A stretch of DNA of 64,000 bases from Scyliorhinus canicula (Eukaryota): assembly GCF_902713615.1 (NCBI RefSeq), contig NC_052152.1:166406712-166470711 (forward strand), read 5' to 3'. The translations under genes were made by a program, and so were the position numbers. The first letter of the stretch is position 1. Every line of letters starts with the position of its first letter. The notes beneath the pieces are model-generated. The model did no database searches and was not told where the DNA came from. It saw only the letters and a list, made by a program, of their open reading frames with translations. This document shows, one piece after another, positions 37,856 to 51,199 of the stretch.

Positions 37856-38934
37856 CTAATTACTAATTACCTAATTTCCTAATTACTTGCAATGCTATCC
37901 TTCTGTGATTCATTCACTAGGACATCCAGATCACTCTGTACCATGGATTTCTGCAATCTTTCTTTTTGTTTTATTCTTCCTGCCAAAATGGACAATTTCA
38001 CATTATGCTCCATTTGCCACATCTTTGCCCATTTGCTTATCTATTTCCCTTATAGCCGTTTTGTGTTCTTTTCACAACTTACATTTTACCTATCTTTGTA
38101 GCATTAGCAAACTTAGCAATCAAACCTGTGGTCCCTTCACCTAAGTCATATAAATTGTAAAAGGCTGAGGCCCAAGTACACCACCTGGTACACAGCTAAC
38201 CAGTAAAATATCCATTGATGGCTGCCCTCTGTTTCCTGTCAGCTAACCAAACATGCCAATACATTCCCTGACACCATGCGCTTTTATTTTCTGAAATAAC
38301 ATTTGATGTGGCACATTATCAAATCAAATCATTGAACATGCATAGCTTCCACAGCCCTTGGGAGGAGAGAATTCCAAAGATTCACCAACCTATGAGTGAA
38401 GAAATTCCTCCTCAACTCAGTTGTAAATGGCCTTTCGCTTGTTCTGAGACTGCCCCCTGGTTCTAGACTCACCAGCCAGGGGACATAGTCTATCTACATT
38501 AACCCTGCCACACCCTGTTACAATATGTTATGTTTTGATGAGATCACCTCTTATTCTTTGAAACTCGGGAGTTTGCAGGCCCAGTTTCCCCAATTTCTGC
38601 TTATAAGACAGTCCTGTAATCCCAGCGGTTAGTTTAGTGAACATCTGTGGCACTCCCTCGTATTATTCTGCAATGCCTCTGATATCTTTCCTTGAATGAA
38701 AAAAGCAAAATTGTACACAATACTCTAGGTGCAATCTCACCAAGGCTCTACACAATTGCAGCAAGACATCTTTCCTCCTGGGTGCTTGTATTTAAAGCCT
38801 TATGCCTCGTGTGGAAAAAGGCCAACATGCCGTTTACCTTCCCGATTGCTTGCTGCATCTGCATACCAGCTCATGGACAAGAACATGCAGGTCCCATTGG
38901 ACATCAACACTTCCCAACCTTTATATTTAGGTTC

Positions 38935-39235
38935 TACATTGAGTTTGCTTTTATTATAACTTGCACGGGTCCGTGGGGTAGGGCTGATTTTGCACGGGTC
39001 TATGGGGTAGGGCTCATTAATGACCCCGTGGATCTTGCTGAATACACGCTCCCCCAATGAGGGGGCTGGGGACCCTTAACAATACTTGCCTTTGTATGAA
39101 TAGAGTTGGCTAGTAAGGCACTGATGAAAGAAGACCCAATAGGGAACTACTGGAGCTGTATATAATAGTTATTGTAAAATAAAGTACGTTTTTGTTTCGA
39201 CCTACTCAGTGTGGACTCTGTTGTCCTTGCAAAAG
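38935..39235 (+). repeat. Probable solo LTR fragment
   Basis: Tandem TTGCACGGGTC..TGGGGTAGGGCT repeat, TATA-like motif, AATAAA at ~39178. Confidence 0.4.
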
Positions 39236-39810
39236 CTTCCTTAACTATTCTGGCCACCTCCCCCTTCCTCTTTTGATCAAGCTTTTGCATGTCTTCCCAT
39301 ATATGCTGCCCTTTGGCTCACAGCCTATTTGGCTCTCGGTCTATTTTAGTCTAGTTATACCCTAAGTTAGTCTATATAAATTCAAGTAGCTATTGTTTAC
39401 CTTTGCATATTTTTATAGAATGTAGTTTTAACTTGCACACTGGTTTCCAACTTTATTGATCACATATCTAAAAATGGTCCCATGCAATTGTGAGTGTACC
39501 ATGTTGCTGTACGTTCTTATAACCAGATTATTCACATTTCTCCCCACCCACCTATCAAAGAAAACAGACCTCTTGACGCTGAGAGATTTCACCAGCGAGG
39601 AGACACTCCCTGGAAACTCCCATGCTTGTTCCCGTATGTTTTATTAGCTTTTTGTATGTAATTTGTTGGACTTTTTTTCTTCATGGTCTGCATCAAATGG
39701 CATGCTTCACATCAATCTATACCATTCATAATGATTATGACCATGATGGAACTAACTATCTGTGATCACTTGGAGGACTTATCGTAATTGCCTTTTTTTC
39801 TTATTTTTAG

Positions 39811-39933
39811 AAAACGAGGGATCAGATTACCAGCAGACACTGTGGAAGGGCTTATGAGCTACATTGGATATGACGAACCCCGTAGCCTCACTCAGTTTCT
39901 GGAAATATTTAACTATTACATGCCAGCCATTGC
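39811..39933 (+). CDS. ADA: ADA exon 3, [40 protein letters not shown](A)
   Basis: Pyrimidine tract plus TAG, GTAAGT donor, 123 nt, phase 2-2. Confidence 0.97.
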
Positions 39934-40649
39934 GTAAGTGAAGTTGACGTTTTGCTGTTTCAGTCCTTTTACTGAAACCAAGATTTGCTTTTGACTATCC
40001 AAATTTACAAGGCATATATTGGGTTTGATCCCGGGAAATATCACAAGTGCTTTTAGCACGGGGCAACTACAACTCCAGGCTGGCAAACAGTCCAGTTCTT
40101 CTCAATGAGCCTGGGATACTTTAACCTCCAGACCTTCTGTTTAGAGCCAGTAATTCTCCTGTTTAAACCTGGCAGGTGGAAGTGGGGTAACAAGCAGGCT
40201 GCCAGCTGTCAGAAAAGAACTGTTCCTTGGTCTCCGCTAAGTGGTTAGTAGTCAAGAGAGCAACACAGTTGGGAAGCGGGCTGGAAGCTTGGGCATGCGA
40301 AGCAAGATTTCTTTGTTTCAAGAAAAAGTAAGAAAATACATGTCTTTTCAAGCCCAGATTTCCCCTGCCACCAGATTGGCCTGGAGTGAAAGCCAAGTTG
40401 GCTTCCCTGTCGAGGTCTGTGGTTAAAATTGCACCAGAGCACCAGTGATGGAGCCTGAAGGAAAGACACAATGCTTTCTGGCCGGGGCCCTCCTCACCTA
40501 CTCAGGAGGAGGTTAAAATCCAAATGTGTGCGAAGGCTGTGTGTTAAAGTTAAAGCATGCTGCTACTTTAGCCTGGTTAGGTAATCTGCACTTGAGTTTG
40601 AAAAGGGTGAGGGTGACAGAATATTGCAGAGGCAATCTATGAAAAGGCT

Positions 40650-42305
40650 TCGGAAAGCAAGTTCCAGAACACAGAAGAGATGACCAACAGTTTACTGTTG
40701 ATGATAGAGCAAAAGATGCACATTAGGCTGGAATTGTGTAAGACAAGGCTGAAGCATGTGCAACCATCTTCAGCCAGAAATACTGAGTGAATGATCCATC
40801 TCTGGCTTCTCCCAAGGTTACCAGCATCGCAGAAGCCAGTCTTCAGCAATTTTTGAGGTCAAGAAATGGTTGAAGGCACTGGACACTGCAAAGGTTGTGG
40901 GTCCTGACAACGTTCTGGCAATAGTACTGAAGAATTGGTGTGCCAGAATTAGCTGCACTGCTGGCTAAGCTGTTCTAGTACAGTTACAATGTTGGCATCT
41001 ACCCAGTAATGTGGAAAATTGCCCAGGTGTGTCCTGTGTTTTTAAAAAAAAAAGGGACAAATGCAACCCAGCTTAATTATTGGCCCATCTGTCTACTCTT
41101 GATCATCGGTAAATTTATGGAAGAGGTCGTCGATAGTGCTATCAAACAGCACTTATTAAGCAATAACCTGCTTACAGATTCTCAGTGTGGGTTCCACTAG
41201 TGTTACTCAGGTTTTGACCTCATTATAGCCTTCGTCCAAACACTCGCAAAAGAGCTGAACATCAGTAAGGGGAGAGTGACCAGGGGCCATATAAAAGCTG
41301 GAGGTGGGATTGGATTTCTTCCCTAATTTGAGTCATACCCAACAGCAAGGAAGATTGTTGTGGTTGTTGGAGGTCAATGAATTCAGTTGCAGGACATTGA
41401 CTTGCTTGAGGGTAGTGTCCTTGGCTCAACCACCTTCGGCTGTTTCATCAATGATCATTCTTCCATCATAAAGTCAGAAGTGAGGCTGTTTGCTGACGAC
41501 TGCACAATGTTTCAGCACCACTCATGATTCCTCAATTACTAAAGCAGTCCATGTTTTTCAAGACCAGCAAAACATTTGCACCACACAATTGCCAAGCAAT
41601 GATCATATCCAACAAGAGAAAATCTAACCATTTCCCCTTGTCATTCAATGGCATTATCTTTGCTGAATCTCCCTCTATCAACATCCTGGGGGCTACTGTT
41701 GACCAGAAACTGATCTTGACCAGCCATAGAAATACAATGGCGACAAGAGCAGATCAGAGGCTGGGAATTCAGTGGCGAGTAACCCGCTCCTGACTCCCCA
41801 AAGCCTGGCCTGTCTACAATTTATCAGGTGTGAGTCAGGAGTGTGGTGGAACATTCTCCACTTGCTTTGATGAGTCCAGCTCCAACAACATCCAAGAAAC
41901 TTGACACCATGCAAGGCAAAGCAGCTGCTTGGTTGGCATCCCATCCACCAGCCTCCACTATAGTCGCACAGAGGCAGCAGTATTTACCATCTACAAGATT
42001 GCAGCAAACCACCAAGGCTCCATTGACAGCACCATCCAAACCTGCAACCAAACATTCTGCAAATGCATGAGAACACCACCATGTGCAATTTCCCTACAAG
42101 CTACAAATCATCCTGACTTCGAATGATACCATCGTTCCTTCACTGTCACTGAGTCAAAAGCCGAGAACTCCCTCCCTAACAGCACAGTGGATGCACCTGG
42201 ACCACATGGACTGCGGCAGTTCAAGAAGGCAGAATACCACCTTCTTGAGGACAATTAGAAATGGGCAGTAAATGCTGGTCTAGCGAGTGATGCACACATC
42301 CTGTG
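40650..42305 (+). mobile_element. Decayed CR1/L2-group LINE (RT and 3' end)
   Basis: WKIAQVCPV, NYWPICLL, LFADD; 3' end ATGGGCAGTAAATGCTGG shared with 57410-59470. Confidence 0.8.
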
Positions 42306-42769
42306 GAAGTGTCTGGGAAGGCAAATTCATTTGTGGCTTTTAAAGTACAAATTGCTCCAAACCAAGGTATAGCTTTTGCTTGTCAGTGGCTTGATGTTGG
42401 ACAGCAGAGTCTGAGGACAGCAGAGAACAGAGGCTGGTTGCAAGACCTTTGTAAATAACGGGATGAAATCTTGGAGCAACACATGCTACCGTGTGGACTG
42501 GGGAGGAGAAGCCTGTGCAGGTGACTATTCTGACGGGGGAGTGTTGTGTGTGTGGGGGGGGGGAGGGTTTCTGGCGAGTCAACCAAACTTGCCTTGTGGA
42601 TGCGCCCTTGTACTCCGTGGTTTCGCATTGTTTGGGGGCCGTCCAAGATGGCCGTGATCATCGTACTCGCCATATGGCTGCGCCCCTGGGCTCCAGGGTT
42701 TCCCTTTGTCGAGGGGCCAACCAAGATGGCTGCAATCATTGTGTAGCCATGTGCATGCACCCCTGCACT

Positions 42770-44120
42770 TCGGGGTTTACCTTCAAAACGGCTGTTTTCA
42801 GTGTCCTTGTTTCCATTGTCGCCATGTGTGATCTGTCATAGCTAGCCTTCTGCAACCCCCCCTTTCCCCATGCCCCTGCAGACTCTTTTTTTTCTCTTCC
42901 CCCCCCCCCCCCCTCCCCATTATTTTCCCTTCACTTGGTGATTTCTCCCCCCAGCTGCCAGGCACTCTCTCCCTGTTGGGTGTTGTGCCACAGGCTCACC
43001 CACTAGTGTGATGCTCACCCCTCCCCCCGGGATCGATCCACACCTTCCCCCGAACCATTGAGTTTCTCTTTCTCTCTCTTACACCCCACCCCCCGCCCGC
43101 CTCATCCTCATCCCATCTACGTCCTACTGCTCTCACCCCCACCTTTCTGAGTCTCATCATCAGATCAATGATGAGGCAGATCAGTCCCCTGCAAATAGTC
43201 TCTCCTTTATTTTTTGACCACTGAGACTAGAAAGTCTGGTTCACTGTTGGTGTTGTTGCCTTCCCAGCCCGTGCTTGTACACAGATTCATCTGCTTCTGC
43301 CGGTGCGGTGAAATAATGCTCTCTACCCTGGAAAGTCACCCAGAGTTTGGCGGGGTACAGCATCCCAAACCGCCCATTGTTCTTGTAAAGGGCCACTTTG
43401 GCTGTGTTAAATTCCACCTGGCACCTGGCCAAGTTTGCCCTAACGTCCTGGTACATTGTCGAATTTCTCTCCTATTTACAGGATCGTGTGAGTCTTTTCC
43501 CGGTCTTACTACAGGTGCAGATTCGCAATGATGTCCCATTGCTGCTTCCTGGCTTTGGGCTTTGGCCGAGTGACCTGTGGGTCCTGTCCACTTCTAGGGG
43601 CTTGGGGAAGCTTTCCCCTCCATCTGGCATCTGTGTCACGTACTCTTAAGGATTTCTGCCCTTTGGTACCCTCCAATGCAGCCCACAATGCGGGTTCTCG
43701 ATTTTCCCCCTTAGAATCCTTCGCGTTGCCACCAACCTTGCCATCTCTGTCTCCAGTGAGGCAATCCATTCGTTCTGGTAATCTTGAGCTCTCTGATCAT
43801 CGCCTCCTGTGTCTCGAGACACTGCTCCGTCTTTTCCAGCGCTGGTTGAAGGGGGACCTGCGTCTCTGCTACTGCCACTTTCACCGTCACCATCCTTTCG
43901 AATTTAATTGCATCTTTGAGCACTTGGAACTCCTGTATTTGGAGGTCCCTCCATTCATTTATTAGGGGGTAGCCCAGCATATGTTCTGGTGGCCCATCCC
44001 GTTCAGGTCGCCCTCGTGTTCGCCATCGTCTCAATCTTCCTTGAGGACTGAAAAGAGAGAGGGCAATGGGGAGACAACCAGTGACAGGTGCTATCCAAAT
44101 GCAAGTTATTCTTTTCATAA
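42770..44120 (-). mobile_element. L1 ORF1 region remnant
   Basis: YQDVRANLARCQVEFNTAKVALYKNNGRFGMLYPAKLWVTF, typical of the L1 ORF1p C-terminus. Confidence 0.75.
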
Positions 44121-44649
44121 GTTATGCATTTAGTCAATGTGCAAAAAGCCTAGTTCCACAAGCACCGAGACTGAATTTTCACTCCCAAAACCACGAACCT
44201 AATTTGGGAAAAGTAGTGCAGATTTTCATGGTGGTACGGTAGGGTGGGTTGTGGGGAGAGGGGGAAGGGGTTGGGGGTTGGCGAGTTGGGTGCCTGGAGT
44301 TGGGCCCACTTTCCTCAGAAAGAGTCTGGAGCCAGCCACGGGTACTGCGCCAGGCTATTTTAAAAGTCCTGTGTGGTGCTCTGGGATTTTGTGTGGAGTT
44401 TTCTGCTCCCTCCAACAGTGGGCATCTGCCAACAGCGGACATCGTGACCGACAGGGACACTATAAATTTTCCTTGATTCTAAAATTAGTTTGAAATTTTG
44501 TTCCTCCACTTTGGCAGTTTAAGATTTCCCCTGATCTATGTTGAGAACCACATTGCATTTATTTACAACTATTGAATGCTTATTAAAAGGCTGACTGGTT
44601 GGGATTAGTTTCCCCACCAAATTAAGTGCCCTCCCAGTGGATAGTTAGA

Positions 44650-46690
44650 ATGGTCAGTTTTATGACTGGATAATTGGCATGCGCCAGGCAAGCTTCACCT
44701 CTTCTATGACTTTGAGCTCCATGGATGTTGCTTTCACCTTGGGCACTTTGCATAAACTCACGAGTGCCATTCGTAAAGCAATGGCCTGTGATCCGTGACA
44801 ATAAAGAAATGGCGGCCAAATACGACCGCCAGACCTTCCTTCTCTATTTGGGAATATTTTCTCCCAGCCATGGCCAGCCTCTGGGAGGCAAAAGCATTCA
44901 TGGCCATCGCTCATCCGATGAGACAGGACTGCCCCAATCCCATGTGGCGAAGCATCGCATGTAATGTACGGTAGTTTTGAAGGGTTGAAATAGGGGTCAA
45001 CACCCCTGAAGAGCACAACCATCGTTTCACCTTCTTAATGGGCCTTGCTCCATTCCCATGGCTGGTGCTTCTTGAGGAGCAAGTGTAAGGGGGGGCCAGG
45101 ACAGTTGCCAGATTTGGAATGAATCGGCCAGAGCAATTTACTAGTCCAAGGAAAGAGAAAAACTTAGTGGCATCTCGCAGGGTGAGGGACGTTTTGATGG
45201 GTCTCACTTTCTCGTCGACCGGGTGCAGGTCTTCCCTGAACACTTGATACCCTAGGTACACTATTTCCTTCATGTGAAACACTCACTTCAGGTGGACCCC
45301 ATGTTCCGAAAACGTTTCAACACCACCTCGAGGTTTTGCAAATGTTCTTGGTCCTGTGACCCCTATGACCAGAACATTGCGTAAGTAAATCGCAACATGT
45401 GGCAAACCGCGCAGGATGTTCTCCATAACGCGCTGGAAAACTGCACATGCTGAGGATACTCTGAACGGAAGCCGGGTATACTCAGTCCCTGTGTGTATGG
45501 ATTGTGACATACTGCCGTGATGATTTATCGAGCTCCAGCTCGGGATAACCCTTGCTCATGTCCAATTCTGTAAATGTACAGCCACCAGTCAAAGTTGCAT
45601 ACAGATTTTCGATGCATGGTAAAGGATAATGGTCCAACTTCGAAGCCGTGTTCACTGTCAATATATAGTCTCCGCAGCGGCGGACTGTCTTATCTGGCTT
45701 CATTACGAGGACCAAAGGCGCCGCCCACTCGGCGAAGCATACAAGCTTAATGATGCCGAACTCTAAAAGCTTCTCCATCAAAGCATAGGGAACCGAGCGT
45801 TTGGTCCGTGCCGTGGGGATATCACGTGAGGGCTGATCCTCTGAAACATTCACCTCCGTCCCTTGTATCTCTTGGACTCTTGTGTTCCATGCTTTTCCGA
45901 GTCAAGGAAATCTGCAGTGCCTGCTGAAAGGTCAGGAAGATTTTGGCCAAAGGTATTTTCTGCGTTTCCAAACTCTTTGTACTGTTTACACCGCAGACCA
46001 AATAATCATGGTGCACATCGGATAATGCAGTTTCATACTCTCAAAACTCACTTCCGTAGCTGTGATATGAACTCGGTGCCGGACACACCGAGGGTCCATC
46101 TCCGCTGTATTGCATGATCACTAACGGAGTCGGGTTAAAGTGTTGTGCTGCAAGTTCCATGAATATGTTGAACGATTGTGTATCTGCTGCCACCTGGTAT
46201 GTGAGACTCTGGATCACCGCGAACGTGTGCCATCAACGGTTTGACTGTCTGGCTGTTCATTCTCTATGAAGCTGTTAGTCCAGAAGAAGTAACGCATTTG
46301 TTCTGCATACTGGTTCCAGCATTCAACACTGGCGCCAACTGCATCTAACCATCCAAACCGAGATATGGCGATGCCAGTAAATCCAAACCTGGGTCCAGGA
46401 AATCGGGGAGGTGGTTTAGCCGAGTAGGTCGCAGCATGAACAGCGAGTCAGTTTACTCTTCATCGCCACTTTAATAAGGACACGGGAAGTCCACACCGAG
46501 CAAAATAAAGAAAGTTTTATTTACAACACAATATAGATCCCTATTGGGCTCCTCACTGGCGGTGCCCTACAGGCGGACCTTTTACACAAAGGTAAATAGA
46601 GATCCCCCGTCCCTAGCATGGGAGCTTGTACTCCGCAAGGACCCGGGGAAGATCATTATTCCCGCCCTGTGCGCGCCATCACATTGTGAC
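44650..46690 (-). mobile_element. Decayed Gypsy element (5' LTR, PBS, gag, RT, RH)
   Basis: PBS TGGCGATGAAGAG at 46456-46468; WAAPLV...RRCGDY; RLPFRVSSACAVFQ; CDASPHGIGAVLSH. Confidence 0.82.
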
Positions 46691-47539
46691 GGGGTCAGGG
46701 TTGGCTCTGACTAAAGAAAACCGGTGTGTGGGATCGTGATAGGGTCCAGGGAAACTGATGGACGAAAGCAGCCCTTCTTTAATACTACACTGTGACAACC
46801 GAGTTTAAATACTTGACTCCTGGAATGGAACTCCAACTCTGCATCTGGCCTAGAGGCAAGACCCTACCAATTGACCAAGCTAATATTATGTGCCAGTTGT
46901 CGAGCTATCAGCACCAGTATGTTGCTTTTAAAAGGAAGGTTGTGTCATTTTGATGTGACTGGTGTCCTATGACTCAAAAATGTGTCTTAATTAGCACAGT
47001 GAGAGGCCAACATGAGAAAGGAAATGTAGTATATAGTGGCATTTTCAAATGAAGGGGAATTATGTTCAAATATATAATTGGGTTTTGTTTCTGAAACAGT
47101 ATTCTGCTCCTAATAGTTTGTTTAATGGTAGTTCAAAACATTAGCAGAGTCCATCTACTTCATTCCATTATAAATACCTGGCATTCGAGGGCCGAAGGGA
47201 TTTCTTAATCTGTGTTGGCACATGTGAATAACAAAGCACATGAAAACCTACTGATGTACTCCTCACATAGTCCTCTATGTCGTTCATATACATGACGAAT
47301 AATAGGGGACTCAGCACAGATCAAGTTTAAATTGTGCCATGTTTTGGTAGCTATAATTAAAATGCTCCCTCACTACCACATCAATCTCTGTCTGGCTTCA
47401 TTCCTCAGAATTGGGTGAGTCCAGCACGGCACTGTCCCTTGTTGGACCCTCTACATATTGACCTCCTAGGTTCTCCTGTATACATGTTAAGAAATCCACT
47501 CCATTTAAGCCCTTAACTCCTATGCCTATCCCAATTGAT

Positions 47540-47664
47540 TTACCTGAGGAAGGAGCTGTGCTCAGAAAGCTAGTGATTTGAAACAAACCTGTTGGACTTT
47601 AACCTGGTGTTGTAAGGCTTCTTACTGTGCTCACCCCAGTCCGACGCCGTCATCACCACATCTT
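47540..47664 (+). mobile_element. Short Penelope terminal fragment with hammerhead-like core
   Basis: 13-bp TSD TATCCCAATTGAT (47527-47539 / 47665-47677); homologous to 62997-63120. Confidence 0.8.
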
Positions 47665-47915
47665 TATCCCAATTGATGTTGTGAAAGTTTAAATTACGTA
47701 ATATAATTATCCTATTATTGTTTTTACACACCTCCGCACATATTTGCTCCTCAATTTTTTGCTGACTACCTGGGAGGCCTGTAATAAACACCTAGCAATG
47801 TGGCTGCCCCTTTTTTTATTCCTAAGTTCTACCCACAAAGCTTCATTTTGATGCTCCCTCCCAGACACAATTTCTCCTTTCTGCAGTAACTGACTCCTTA
47901 ACTAATAATGTGATG

Positions 47916-50126
47916 TGATAATGATGCCGGCAGCAGAAGGAGAGGCGGAGATTGTGGTGGCATTGCATGCGGAGAAGGCCTTTGACAGGGTTGAGTGGGG
48001 GTACTTGTGGGAGGTGTTGGAGAGGTTCGGGTTTGGGGTGGGGTTTCTTAAATGGGTGAGGTTGCTGTACGAGGCCCCGATGGCGAGTGTAGCGACAAAT
48101 GGGAGGAGGTCCGAGTACTTGAGGCTCCACCGTGGGACGAGGCAGGGGTGCCCCCTGTCCCCCTTGCTTTTTGCGTTGGCAATTGAGCCTCTTGCCATGG
48201 CTCTCAGGGAGTCGGGGAGGTGGAGGGGTTTGGTGTGAGGTGGGGAGGAGCACCGAGTGTCGCTGTATGCAGACGACTTGCTGCTGTATGTAGCAGACCC
48301 GGTGGGGGGAATGCCGGAGGTGATGGAGATTCTTGCTGAGTTTGGGAGTTTCTTGGGCTATAAATTGGACCTGGGCAAGAGTGAGCTGTTTGTTGTACAC
48401 CCGTGAGATCAGGAGGAGGGAATTGGTAGGCTCCCGTTAAGGAGGACAGTGAGGAGTTTTAGGTACCTGGGGGTTCAGGTGGCTAGGAGCTGGGGGACTC
48501 TGCACAAGCTTAATTTTACTAGGTTGGTGGAGCAGATGGAGGAGGAATTTAAAAGGTGGGACATGCTGCCGTTGTCGTTGGCGGGTAGAGTACAGTCTGT
48601 TAAAATGACAGTGCTCCCGAGGTTTTTGTTTTTGTTTCAGTGCCTCCCCATTTTCATTCCGAGGGCCTTTTTTAGGAGGGTGAACAGCAGCATTCTTGGA
48701 TTTGTTTTGGCGCACGGGACTCCGAGGGTAAGGAGGGTCTTTTTGGAGCGGGGCAGGGATAGAGGGGGGCTGGCGCTACCCAACCTCTCTGGGTAGTATT
48801 GGGCAGCTAACGTCTCGATGGTACGTAAGTGGGTAATGGATGGGGAGGGGGCAGCATGGAAACGGATGGAGATGGTATCCTGTGGAGGCACGAGCCTGAA
48901 GGCACTGATAACGGCGCCATTGCCGCTCCCTCCAACGAGGTACACTACTACCCTCAAAATGTGGGGGCAGTGGAGGCGACACGGGGGAAGTGGGGGGCTC
49001 GGTGGAGGCCCCGCTGCAGGGGAACCACCGGTTTGTCCCAGGGAACATAGATGGCGGGTTCCTGGGGTGGCACAGGCGGGCATTAGGAAGTTGGGAGACC
49101 TGTTCATTGACGGGAGGTTTGCGAGCCTGGGTGAACTGGAGGAGAAGTTTGAGCTCGCCCCGGGGAATATGTTCAGGTACCTTCAGGTCAAGGCGTTTGC
49201 TAGGCAGCAGGTGGAGGGTTCCCTTCGCTGCCCCCCGGGGGGTAAGGGTGCTTTCGAGGGTGTGGGTCGGGGATGGGAAGGTGTCTGACATCTACCAGGT
49301 GATGCAGGAGGTGGAGGAGGCATCGGTAGAGGAGCTGAAGGATAAGTGGGAGGGGACATGGGCGGACGCCCTGGAGAGGGTGAACTTCTCTTCTTCATGT
49401 GCGAGGCTTAGCCTCATCCAGTTCAAGGTGCTGCACCGGGCCCACACATCCGGGTCTTGGATGAGTAGGTTCTTTGGGGGTGAAGACAGGTGTGTCAGGT
49501 GTTCGGGGAGTCCAGCGAACCATGCCCATATGTTCTGGGCATGCCCGGCACTGGAGGAGTTCTGGAAGGGGGTGGCGAGGACGGTGTCGAGGGTGGTAGG
49601 ATCCAGGGCCAAGCCAGGCTGGGGACTCACGATTTTAGGGGTTGGGGTGGAGCCGGGAATGCAGGAGGCGAAAGAGGCCGATGTTTTGGCCTTTGCGTCC
49701 CTAGTAGCCCGGCGGAGGATCTTGCTGCAGTGGAAAGATGCGAGACCTCCGAGCGTGGAGACCTGGATCAATGACATGGCGGGATTCATTAAGCTGGAGA
49801 GGGTCAAATTCGCCCTAAGGGGGTCGGTACAAGGGTTCTTTAGGAGATGGCAGCCTTTCCTCGACTTTCTGGCTCAACTATAAGGAACTAGGTCAACAGC
49901 AGCAACCCGGGGGGGGGGGGGTGGGGTCTTAGGGGGATAGTGTTTAAGTTAATTTGCTTATTGTTAATTTATTTTGTTGTTTATTGGGTTTGGGGGGGGT
50001 GGGGGGGTTTGTTATATGCGTTGTTACAGGTGCCGGGGGGGGGGGGTGTTTATTATTGTTACTGTTATTATTGTTCTGTTGATAAATATTTTTCAAAAAA
50101 TTCCAATAAAAATTATTTAAAAAAAA
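47916..50126 (+). mobile_element. 5'-truncated L1 LINE
   Basis: AEKAFDRVEW, RQGCPLSPLLF, LYADD, Cys-rich CVRC..H..C; AATAAA plus A tail; ~16-bp TSD AACTAATAATGTGATG. Confidence 0.93.
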
Positions 50127-51199
50127 AACTAATAATGTGATGCCTCCTCCTCTTTTAACCCCTCCCATGTCTTGCCTGAAGATTCTATATCACGGAATGT
50201 TGAGCTGCCAATCCTGTCCCTCCTTTAACCATGTCTCTGTGATGGCTACTATATGTGCCAATCCTCACCCTTAACTCGTCCATTTTAATTGTAATACTCC
50301 TGGCATTAAAGTGGAGGCCATCCAGCCTTGCCATACTCCCTTGAAACGTAATGCAGCTGTACTCCGTCTGATTTGATTGCTTTACTGTATTATGCTGTGT
50401 CCATATTCCGCTAACAGTCCTGTGTCCCCTCCCCGTGATGAATTATTTTAAACTCCTTCTAACAGCACAAGCAAACCCTCCCGCAAGGATGTTAGTCCTG
50501 CTCGAGTTCAGATGTAGACCTCCAGGGTCTCCAGAAACAGTCCCAGCGATCCAGGAATCTAAAGCTCTCCCAAATGTACAATATCTATCACAGTTCCAGC
50601 TTAGCCCAACTAACTTACCAGAGTTTAAATCTGGGAGCCTCCCAGTCTGGTTTGTCAAACCATTTTGTGCATTGCGCGCAATCTTCCTGACAGGAAGATG
50701 TTTTCACAAGGATTCTTCTCGTCACTCCCTTCAAATTCTACTGCACGCTCATAAGGGATTTAAAATGTGCTCTTCCATGTTCTGCATTTAGTTTGAAGAT
50801 TTTCAATTTAGTTCCATTTTATTCTAACCATGGTTAACTTTAAATCGAAGCATGATTGCTGTTGCCAAGTGATTCCTGTTTCTACTTGTGTTGCAAAATA
50901 TGACCTTTCAGTGCTAAATATACTCTTTGATGCTAATAACTGTCCAATAGCTCAGAGGTGAAGTCTCTGGCTGAAGTTTCCGGAGACCCTGTGTCTTCTA
51001 CTCAGCTGGAATTTAACCAGGTATCTGTGATTTTTTGGAACATTGATTTGGTTTAATTTAATTTGGGCTGTTTAGCTGCAAATTTCTGCTGAGCTATTTA
51101 CTGTGTGCAAAGCCCTGCTGGTGGCGCATGATCATAACCTCCATCTTTACATTTCAGAATAGGGGTCCAAACTTTCCTACCTTGGGTTTGCTAGTCTAA

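Larger units (their letters stand above)
36300..38870 (-). mobile_element. Decayed CR1 3' fragments hosting a MITE and a SINE
   Basis: LFIAREIRYKSKELIFQLFKTLIRPH...RRFTELM; CR1-like 3' sequence. Confidence 0.7.
47330..50590 (-). mobile_element. CR1 endonuclease-region fragment hosting Penelope and L1 insertions
   Basis: QYVEGPTRDSAVLD and IIILRNLNFHNINW; sequence is continuous across both TSDs. Confidence 0.7.

Noticed and set aside
17163-39810. Intron 1 and 2 lengths (15.6 and 7.0 kb) resemble human ADA as I recall them
   Set aside because: Most of intron 1 here is a lineage-specific transposon nest, so the similarity is probably coincidental.
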